DNA from: Saprolegnia diclina VS20
Lineage: Eukaryota
DNA length: 32,276 nt
Direction of reading: 5' to 3'
NCBI RefSeq assembly: GCF_000281045.1
Contig: NW_008246071.1
Coordinates: 523,509-555,784, forward strand
Of the stretch, positions 24,101 to 32,276 are shown in pieces. Both the position numbers and the translations under genes were made by a program. The stretch's first letter is position 1; the number at the start of each line of letters is the position of its first letter. The notes beneath the pieces were generated by a model. The model searched no databases. It had not been told where the DNA came from and was given only the letters and a program-made list of their open reading frames with translations.

Positions 24101-24230
24101 CGTACAAGACGAGCTTCCCGTCCGACGTGCCGACGAGCACGCGCATGGAGTAGTGCACGACGCACTCGACGCGCCCGGGGTACTCGGCGACGACCGACGT
24201 CTGCAGTGCGACGCGCTTGCCCTCCATCAT
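21175..24230 (-). CDS. VPS39: Vps39/Vam6/TGFBRAP1-like HOPS/CORVET subunit (CNH domain, clathrin-type repeat, C-terminal Zn finger)
   Basis: N-terminal CNH-like region (VLVGTSDGKL...SISWSKPPSAIEFTSPYIVAL), AVDTALLRLY, and C-terminal CGVCKKRIDTTIFAVYPNGSLVHFSC. Start MMEGKRV at 24230. Vps39 versus Vps3/TGFBRAP1 cannot be settled by eye. Confidence 0.8.
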
Positions 24231-24538
24231 GGTCGTCGTCGTCTTCGTCAAAGTCAATTGGCCGGATACGAAATTCGTTTGAACTTTATTTTTATTATTG
24301 AAAATAAAATGCACTTTCAACAGCCACATCAGGCGAATCTTGCGACCCGCCGCCGGCCGTCGTGGCAACCAACGCGATGAGCCAACGCGACCTCCACCAT
24401 AAGCCATGAAGAACGATGAGCGAGAAGGGACCGCCGATGACAATCCAGCGCCCGGCGGCCCACGCGCCAGACGTAAGATGGATCGCTGATGGCCTGGCCT
24501 CTTACTAGTATGTGGCATACTGCAGCCTTGTGCTAGTC

Positions 24539-24640
24539 GACAAGTACGGCGAGCAGACCAAGGCGCCGTCCAAGGAGCTGCTTCTCGCGTCCACGGAGGC
24601 GTACGTCGAGTACTCGCGCGACGGCCGCGTCGTCAAGGCT
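24539..24640 (+). pseudogene. SLU7: Fragment of pre-mRNA splicing factor SLU7
   Basis: Translates [33 protein letters not shown], resembling the conserved Slu7 segment (KYG...APP.ELLL.QTE.YVEY.R.G.VIK). Bounded by in-frame stops at about 24506 and 24674, with no ATG. Confidence 0.65.
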
Positions 24641-24972
24641 AGCATCGCACGAAAGAGGTGCGAGGACGCTCCCTAGATTAGGCATAGAGCAGCTCGGGCC
24701 AGACAGCCAGATGCACTTGTGAAGAACGGAATCCAACGTCGTCGGCTCGGTTGACGCAGCCGACGTAGCATTATCCAAGCCATTGGCCCAAGCTTGCCTC
24801 TCGGTGCTCTACTGGCACGCAGGCATATACGAAGACTACCTCATCTACCATCACGATGGCAGTCGACGATCGTCAGTTGCGGAGTCGTCTTTGGAAGATT
24901 CGACAAGCCAAAGTGCAAAGTGGAAATAAAAATGCTTTCGCTATATGAACCATATCCTATCCGAGCACGCGT

Positions 24973-26526
24973 TTAGTGGCGCTTGTTGATTTCGCTCGCG
25001 AGCTTGTTCTCGAGCTGCATGTAGTTCTCGGCGGGGAGGCCAAGACATGCGCGGAGGATGTTGATGATGCACTCGCGCTGGGCAAAGAGCGCGTTCACGA
25101 TCGGCGTGCCCTTGGGGACCAGCGGCGCCTTGAGCATGTAGCTGAGGATCGAGAGCACCGAGTGGAAGCGCTCGGCCTCGGCCGCGCCCTTCTTCTGGAT
25201 CTGGATGCGCTCCGCGAGCTCGCAAATGATGACGAGATCGAGGATGAGCGGCGTCGCGAGGAGCGAGTCTTCGCACGTGTTGTGCATGACGATCGTGTTG
25301 GTGCCGTTGAGGAAGATCTTGCTCGTGTACTCGTCCATCGCGCGCTTCGAGTCGCCGACGAACGGGACGTACTTGATGACGACGCAGTGGTCGGGGTGCT
25401 CGCCCTCGTTGAAGAGGATGCGGTTCGAGTCGACCATGTCATCGACGACGTTCGACTTGGAGATCTCCTTGGAGCGGAACTGCTGCGGCGCCGACAAGTT
25501 CTTGCCGTCGTTGTTACCGAGATGGTTGTAGCTCACAATCGAGACGGGCTTGATACCGGCGCCAACAAGGAAGTCGACGAGGACCGACTTCATCTTGGTC
25601 TGGCCTGACTTGAAGTCGTCACCGCCAATGAACACCTTGTGCTTCTCGGCAAGCTCGACGACACCCGGCACGAACGTGTTCTGGGGGCTGCCGTTGATGT
25701 ACGAGGCGCCTTCGAGGATCGACGCAATCGCGAACACGCTCGAGGGCGACACCTCGTCCTCGCCAGCCTTGATGGCCTCCAAGATGTTCTCCGCCGAGTC
25801 GTTGACGCCCTCGACAATGTCCGAGAAGCGCTCCGTGTTGGCCGACCACAAGACAATGACCTTGTCGCAGCCGTTCGACTTCTTGAAGTCACGGATGTGC
25901 GAGCGGATCGTCTCGAGGTTGTCCTGCTTGGAGCCCTGGAGGACGTTGTCAGCGCGGTCGGCCTGGTTGGCAGCGATAAAGTCGGGGTAGTAGATCGACG
26001 GGAGCGGCTTGATCTTCTCCATGTGCGGGATGAGCTGGCGCTGGAGGTCATAGTCGAGGACCTTGGCGCGCACCATGGCATCCGCAAGGTTGTGGCCCGA
26101 GATATCCCAGCCGCCAATGACAAAGTCGTTGGGGTTGACCATCGGGAGCATGTTCTTGAAGGGCACGTAGACGCCTTCGCCCTTGTTGTTGGTGCCGAGG
26201 CGCACCGTCGACGACTGCGTGACCGAGCCAAAGTAGTCGGCCTTGTGGAGGCCCTCCTTGTCCGTCCACGTCAGGCCGAGCTTGTTAGCGAGCACGCCGG
26301 CCACGAGCGTCGAGCCGTTGTTGCCGCCGAGGCCGACGATCATGACGCCGAGCTTGGGCACCTTGGTCGACGTCGTGATGACGTACTCCTCCGAGACGGG
26401 CGTCGCCACGTTGTTCTCAAAGTGGGTCGTCGCGTACGTGTAGTTGGTCGTGATGGCCTCGGCCGAGTAGACGACGTCCTTGCTGTTGACCTTGAAGGCC
26501 TGGTTCGAGAAGGCGCTAGCGCTCAT
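24973..26526 (-). CDS. INO1: myo-Inositol-1(3)-phosphate synthase, intronless
   Basis: [57 protein letters not shown]. The ATG at 26526 is preferred because an INR/FPR motif lies just upstream. Confidence 0.96.
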   Translation of the reverse strand: MSASAFSNQAFKVNSKDVVYSAEAITTNYTYATTHFENNVATPVSEEYVITTSTKVPKLGVMIVGLGGNNGSTLVAGVLANKLGLTWTDKEGLHKADYFGSVTQSSTVRLGTNNKGEGVYVPFKNMLPMVNPNDFVIGGWDISGHNLADAMVRAKVLDYDLQRQLIPHMEKIKPLPSIYYPDFIAANQADRADNVLQGSKQDNLETIRSHIRDFKKSNGCDKVIVLWSANTERFSDIVEGVNDSAENILEAIKAGEDEVSPSSVFAIASILEGASYINGSPQNTFVPGVVELAEKHKVFIGGDDFKSGQTKMKSVLVDFLVGAGIKPVSIVSYNHLGNNDGKNLSAPQQFRSKEISKSNVVDDMVDSNRILFNEGEHPDHCVVIKYVPFVGDSKRAMDEYTSKIFLNGTNTIVMHNTCEDSLLATPLILDLVIICELAERIQIQKKGAAEAERFHSVLSILSYMLKAPLVPKGTPIVNALFAQRECIINILRACLGLPAENYMQLENKLASEINKRH

Positions 26527-26550
26527 GGGACTTGGCTTCTTGGCGACCAC

Positions 26551-26566
26551 GCAAATTGGGAAATGA
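26551..26566 (-). promoter_or_regulatory. INR+FPR core promoter of INO1, with CCAAT boxes at about 26608 and 26632
   Basis: Minus strand reads TCATTTCCCAATTTGC, about 25 nt upstream of the ATG. Confidence 0.65.
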
Positions 26567-27170
26567 TCATCCGCCCCACCTTGCCGTTTTGCCGTTGACG
26601 CATGCGATTGGCCAAAATGCGACATTATACACCAATGAAAACGCGTGGCGTCGCCACTTGGGCATCACAACTTCACGCTAGTGACGCCACGTATCCGGCG
26701 CATCCGGATGCGTAACCAACGAGGGAAGCTTCCTCGGGATACTGGGTGCAGGTACCCTGCATCTGCCCACACCCCGGTGGTACGGATGACGCGATGTGCA
26801 TAGCATGCCAAGGGGCAGCGCGCCATGTACCTTCTTGTCGCGCCAGCGATGCAGCCACGATTAGTGGTCGGGCCAAGTCCCTCGAGATAACGCCGCCAGC
26901 CTTCCTCGCCCTCCGACAGATGGCCCTGTCTTCCGGACGCTTCGCCATCCCATGCGTGTATCTATGCAGGCGCGTGTCCCATGTCCGATGACGGGAAGCG
27001 GTTGCCGCAGCAATCGCCGTGCCACAATGAAATGTTGGCTGACGACATCATCATCATCATTCAGTCGACGACACAAATACTCGTCACGCGCTGTCCTCTA
27101 CGAAACCCTCCTTGCTACGTCGTCGTCGTGGCTAGTCGATTTACTAATATAACTTTGAGCATGGAATGCA

Positions 27171-27228
27171 GGGCCTCCTACAAATTGTAGGAGGCCCCGT
27201 ACGGTATTGTAGGCTACAATACCGTACG
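27171..27228. repeat. Two abutting perfect palindromes (13+1+13 and 15+1+15 nt)
   Basis: GGGCCTCCTACAA-A-TTGTAGGAGGCCC immediately followed by CGTACGGTATTGTAG-G-CTACAATACCGTACG. Confidence 0.95.
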
Positions 27229-27391
27229 AGGCTGCGATGTGGCGACCACCTTGCCATTGCACTTCTCGAAAAGTCATTGTCGACGTGTCTGCGAGTAATG
27301 CCGCCGTAGAAAGCCGACACGTCACGCGGTTTGCAAACTAACTTCAACTTTGGAGGGTACGGCGGATACGCCAGCTGCTTGATTATGAAGA

Positions 27392-29928
27392 TTACCCCTT
27401 GCGTGGGCGAAGACCTTGCGACTTCTTCGCTGCGTCTTTGCGTTTCTCACTCCAGCGCGGGGATTTCTCCTTCTTGTTGGTGCCCGTGGTGGCCGTCTTC
27501 TTGGCGCCCGACCGCGTCGGCGACGCTGCCCGCGACGGCGTCGCACTCGCCGCCGCACGCGCCGTGGGCTTGAGCGTCTTGCTCGGCAGACGACCGAGGC
27601 CCGAGCTCATGCTCATGTTGGCCTTGCCCGACTTCTTGGCGGCCTTCATCTTGTTCGGGTGCTTCTTGGTCGTTTGCTTAGGGCGGCTCTCGGACGACAC
27701 CGCCTTGGGCACCGACGACGGCGCTGCCTTGGGCGAGGCAGGCTCCTTCTCGGCACTGGCCGACGACGACGACGGCTTGGTTGGCATCTTCTTGGTACGA
27801 CGGTTCATGGGCTTGGCGCGAGCGTAGCCCTTCTTGTACGGGTTGTCTTCGCCACCGCGAAGAAGGAGACGCGCGGGCACGCCCGTCATATCAAACTCGG
27901 TGCGGAGCTGGTTAAGAAGGAAGCGGCGGTATGTCTCGGGCACATCTTCGGGACGGTTGACAAACACGGCAAAGGTCGGCGGCCGCGCCTTGACCTACCT
28001 CGATCGTGAACGCCTTGGCTGTCAAGAGAGACCATGTCGTACCTGCGTCATGTACTTGACCTTGAGCTGCTTGCCCTTGACCGTCGGCGGCGGGTGATGG
28101 CGGTCCATGGCCGCGAGCCACCGGTTGAGGCGACCCGTGGTCACGCGCAAGTCCCACCGGTTGTGGGCTTCGACGCTATCAGGGTGGCATCACGCCGGCG
28201 TAAGCAACATGCTGTGATAACGACCAACCTACACTTCGGGGAGAATACCACGGACGCCCTTGCCCGTGAGTGCACTGATGGGGACCACGGGCACACCACG
28301 GACCTAGAGTTCGACGTCAGCGACAAACGTACGAAACGTGGGACCGCTATACCTGGGCGAGCGACCCATCGAGCTCCTTGCGAATGCGCTCGATCTCGGC
28401 TGCTGCGTTCTCGACAAGGTCCGACTTGTTGGCCACGAGCACCAGCGCACGGCCTTCGTCCAAGACCTAATGGCATCGTGAGGTCGGCAGTTCATCGCAA
28501 GGATGCGGTGTGTGTACCCGCTGGGCAATCGTGAGGTCGAGATGGATCAGGTGCTCTTCGCTGACATCGACAACGACGACGACGACCTGCGCCGAGCTGA
28601 TCGCATCGTACGTGTCCCGCACCGAGAGATTTTCAATCTGGTTCGAGTGGTCGCGCTGCCAAGTGCAAAGTGAGACATGTGGCATCGCCACTTGCATTGG
28701 TACCTTGCTAAACTTGCGAATGCCGGCCGTGTCGACGAGCGTGATCTCGCGGTTCTGAAAGTTCCACGACACTTCGACCGAGTCGCGCGTGACACCCGGC
28801 CTACACGCATAGTATAGTCAGCGCATTGAAGAATCGGAGGCTGGACGGCCTACTCGGGGCCCGTCAAGACACGGTCGTCGCGCACGATTTTGTTGAGCAG
28901 CGTCGACTAGTGGCGACGATGACATCAACTGCGTCGTCGTTGCAGGACAGGCGTACCTTGCCCACGTTCGGGCGGCCCACGATCGCGAGCTTGATCGCGC
29001 GCTGCTACAATACGGATAAGTCGGCGTCGTCGCACTCGAAGCAAAGATACGCTTTCAATGTCTTCCTTGGCTTCGTCGAGGTCGATCTCGTCGGCGTTTT
29101 CCTCGGCCGCTTGCGTCATTGCAAAGGCGACGGCATGTTCGTCGACGATCGGCGCAATCAGCGGTACGAGGTCCGGAAGGCCTTCGCCATGCTCCGCCGA
29201 CATGATGAGCGGGTCGCCTAGGACGTCCATGAGACCATGAAGACGACGCGAGAGGATGCGAAATGTTGTACCCATGCCCAGCGTGTGGCACTCGTGAATG
29301 TTGGGCATCCACCGCGTCGCGTCGCCTTCGAGCTTGTTGGCGATCAGATGGATCGGCGCCTTGGGGTCGGCCTTGCGCAGCCAGCTACGTTGTTTGAGCA
29401 TATTAGGCGTCGCATGCAGCGAGATGAAATACCGAGCAAAGTGCTTGTCAATCTCCGTGATTCCCTCGCGCCCATCGACCAAGAACAAGATCAAGTTGGC
29501 TTCATGGAGTGCGCGCTCGGTTTGCGACAACATGCCTTGCTCCAAGCTAAAGCCGCATGAGACCACGGTCCATCGGACACTACGATGTCTACCTGCCCGT
29601 GGGTGCATCGGCGAGACCGCCCGTGTCGATCACATCAAACTCCAGGCCGGCCAAGTAGCCCTACATTGCATAAGCAAGATGCCATAGCTTCTGCGCGTAC
29701 GATGCCAAAGCGGCGGTCACGCGTCGTGCCCGGCACGTTGTGCACGATGGCCCGGCGAGACTTGGTGAGGCGGTTGAAGAGCGTCGACTTGCCGACGTTG
29801 GTGCGCCCGACGAGGGCGACGCGCGCGCGCTCGGGCTGCTTGGCCGCAGCGCGGGGCGCCCACGTGTGGTTGAGCGCATGGCTCACCGGCGACGGCGCCA
29901 GGAAGCGCGATCGAACGAAGCGCAGCAT
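27392..29928 (-). CDS. der: Double-GTPase Der/EngA, probably mitochondrial, multi-exon
   Basis: Presequence-like [13 protein letters not shown]1: [26 protein letters not shown]2: GRPNVGK, PGVTRD, DTAG, ANKSD, ISALTG. KH-like domain [30 protein letters not shown]. Confidence 0.92.
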
Positions 29929-30693
29929 TCTCGAAACGGTGCACTATCCAATCGAGCGGTTTTGGCAAATTTGATTGGTGCCGATCAAGATATCGCGCCT
30001 GATTGGCTGAAATTTTCTCGACCAATCGCAGCACAGCGGTGGGCGCCGAAATCGTCACGCGCCGATCTTTGCCAACGTTCGCACGCAGCAATTTGGACGA
30101 CACTATAAGCAGTGGTGCGATGGAAGGACCGCGCAACGACGGCTCATTCCTTCCACTGTTGATTGTATTGGCCGACCAAAAAGCTCTCTTCACTGCTCGT
30201 GGCAGACAGAGCAAGAGGCTTGGATGAGTGGCTCATCGACGCACCCTACAAACACACGCATACGCCCCCTATGGCTCACTTGCAACTCCCTGTTTCTTCG
30301 AGAGGTGTCAGATCTGCGTCTGAAGGAGTGCACGTGAGGTATGCAGGCAACTCATGAACTAAGTGCTGAGTGTTAGATAACGTTATGCGCATTGGAGGCT
30401 CCGACCACGACAGAGAGCCGCGCCTCAAGCACAGTGCAACCATTTCATTTCAAAAGTTCATCCTTTCTATGACGCTGGCAGCGTCTGGGTCGACGCCAGC
30501 GCGAGCAATATGCGCTGGTGACGATGAAGATGGGACCTCGGCGGGCTTCACTGGCACGAGGCTGCACGATGATTGGTGGAAATGTGGCCAATGGCCTTTG
30601 GGCTAGACGCGTGGCGCGTATTTTAAAAATACCTTGGCCCATTGTATACAAATCAAGAGCTCGGCGGTGCCCAACACGAATAAAATCACATCG

Positions 30694-31416
30694 ATGCTGG
30701 CAGCCCGAGCTTTCAGTCTTGCGCATCGAGTCCGTCGCCCCGCGGTCTCGCTTGCCTCTCGCGTCGCCCCCCGCGTCTTCCTCCAGCGCCACTTGAGCAC
30801 CATGAAGGTATACACCAAAACAGGCGACAAGGGTACGTCGCAGCTCTTCTCGGGCGAGCGCCGGTCCAAGGACGATGCTGTCTTCATGGCGCTCGGCGAC
30901 ACGGACGAGCTCAACGCGCAGATCGGTGTCGCCTTGACGCACTTCCAGAGCCTGCACCTCGAGACGACGCTCACGCCGGGCCTTGAGTTTGCTTCGCGCC
31001 TCGAAGATATCCAGTCGCGCCTCTTTGACGTGGGCGCGAGCGTGGCCACGCCATTGAGTTCGGCCGGCAAAAGCAAAATCCGCCGCGCCCAGTTTGACCC
31101 GATCAACGTCACGCTGCTGGAAAACTGGATCGACAAAATGGACGAACATCTCGAGCCGCTGCGTAACTTTTTTTTGCCGAGCGGTGGCGGCTTGACGTCG
31201 TGCCACTTGCACGTCGCGCGGGCAGCGTGCCGCCGGGCCGAGCGCCGCGTCGTCTCGATTGGCGCCGACGACACGGACCCCGCCGTTGTGCAATACCTCA
31301 ACCGCCTCAGCGACTTTCTCTTTGTCTCGGCGCGCTTTGTCGCACACCTCGAAGGCAAAACCGAAACGATCTGGAAGAAGCAGCTCGTGTCGAGCGAGCT
31401 GCCCACGACTGAGTAG
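30694..31416 (+). CDS. MMAB: ATP:cob(I)alamin adenosyltransferase (PduO/MMAB type), mitochondrial precursor, intronless
   Basis: Arg-rich presequence followed by KVYTKTGDKG, GDTDELNA, IQSRLFDVGA, ARAACRRAERR and YLNRLSDFLF. Confidence 0.95.
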   Translation: MLAARAFSLAHRVRRPAVSLASRVAPRVFLQRHLSTMKVYTKTGDKGTSQLFSGERRSKDDAVFMALGDTDELNAQIGVALTHFQSLHLETTLTPGLEFASRLEDIQSRLFDVGASVATPLSSAGKSKIRRAQFDPINVTLLENWIDKMDEHLEPLRNFFLPSGGGLTSCHLHVARAACRRAERRVVSIGADDTDPAVVQYLNRLSDFLFVSARFVAHLEGKTETIWKKQLVSSELPTTE

Positions 31417-31628
31417 GAAACATCGACTGCCTGAATACGTAGTACTGTCGATTGTGAGTTGTCTTTGCTTGAAATCGTACACGTCGCGTGCGTTATCATC
31501 TGCGAAGACGGTGATGGCGTTCTGCTTCAGCACTTCTACTGACGACAGCACCGATGCAAGCTCGAGAGCTCGCAAGCATCATAACGTTGGGCACTTGGCG
31601 CGGCATACGTGGAGAGATCACATTCGGA

Positions 31629-31651
31629 ACGAGTTGGTTGAACCAACTCGT
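31629..31651. repeat. Perfect palindrome, 11+1+11 nt
   Basis: ACGAGTTGGTT-G-AACCAACTCGT. Confidence 0.85.
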
Positions 31652-31864
31652 CAACCAGCGTCCAAACGACAATGAAGGGCCTGGCTAAGCTTACATCGTA
31701 GAGGAGCGCAACTTTGCGTGTCGCCTTATGGAGGAACAGGCGCCGCCAGCCAGAAATCCATTTGATTGGCCAAATAGACAACACTTTTCGACCAATAAGA
31801 TGTGGCGAAAAACGAGCCATGGCGCCACCGGCCATCTCGCGGTGCCTCGGAGGCTCGATTGAAA

Positions 31865-32276
31865 GTTTTTTGAAGTGTCGCCCATAATTGGCATACCGAT
31901 AGAGGACACTTTGGGGAGTACGAAACGCCCCATGAGGCCGACGTTTGAGGCACGGGGCTCGAGAAATCGATCCTTGAAGGTTGCGGATGATGAGGTTTGG
32001 ACTTGCAATGGCTCATGTATTGCAAGATTGTGGATACATAGATCACCAACTTGCGCGTCGTACAATTCAATAGATGGTATACTACAAAGAAATGTAATTT
32101 GGCCCCCGACAACGGGTCTAGTATACGAGCTATTGAGCGTCAAAAACTCGTCATCCGCAACTTTCAAGGATCGATTTCTCAGGCTTTATGCCTCGAACGT
32201 CGGCCGCACGGGGCGTTTCGTACTCCCCAAAGTGTCCTCGACCCATCTGCCAACTATGGGCGGCACTTCAAAAAAC
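31865..32276. repeat. Long imperfect inverted repeat (arms 31865-32021 and 32120-32276, 98-nt spacer), possibly a MITE or foldback element
   Basis: The reverse complement of the window end matches the left arm without gaps, for example GAGGACACTTTGGGGAGTACGAAACGCCCC and GAGAAATCGATCCTTGAA. The match continues to the last base of the window. Confidence 0.9.

Noticed and set aside
26527..26625. N-terminal extension of INO1 in the ORF track
   Set aside because: It spans the INR/FPR and CCAAT promoter elements, so the ATG at 26526 is more likely.
26699..26712. 14-bp palindrome CGCATCCGGATGCG
   Set aside because: A 7-bp-arm palindrome is expected by chance in 32 kb of GC-rich DNA.
27392..31416. 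Bacterial-like genes (Der, PduO) as recent horizontal transfer or contamination
   Set aside because: Both have mitochondrial presequences and Der has many introns; they are ordinary nuclear-encoded organellar genes.
31420..31760. Coding-looking minus-strand stretch (EVLKQNAITVFADDNARDVYDFKQ) with GTAAGC/GTATGC donors
   Set aside because: No clear start, no stop before running into MMAB, and no recognisable homology.
1..32276. CRISPR arrays, tRNA/rRNA genes, transposase or reverse transcriptase ORFs
   Set aside because: None recognised; the visible repeats are a coding PT repeat, a microsatellite, palindromes and paralog duplications.

Overview
Eukaryotic, GC-rich, gene-dense window with many short (mostly about 40-70 nt) GT-AG introns and oomycete-type INR/FPR and CCAAT promoter motifs. 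It is most consistent with an oomycete (Saprolegnia-like; inference). In order it carries: the 5' part of a secreted Pro/Thr mucin-like protein spanning an assembly gap, a pecanex (PCNX4-like) gene, CHMP5/Vps60, ABCF2, an atypical PPP phosphatase, two tandem two-pore channel (TPC) paralogs separated by a stand-alone double-lipoyl-domain gene and a TPC exon fragment, an alpha-kinase, a Vps39/Vam6-like gene, a SLU7 gene fragment, INO1, an organellar Der/EngA GTPase and MMAB. Non-coding structure includes two abutting perfect palindromes (27171-27228) and a long inverted repeat running off the window end. Most content is housekeeping. The most interesting items are the TPC array (Na+-type filters, divergent EF-hands, an apparently exonized intron), the catalytic-domain-less lipoyl protein and the double hairpin. 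All family calls come from motif recognition by eye, not database searches.
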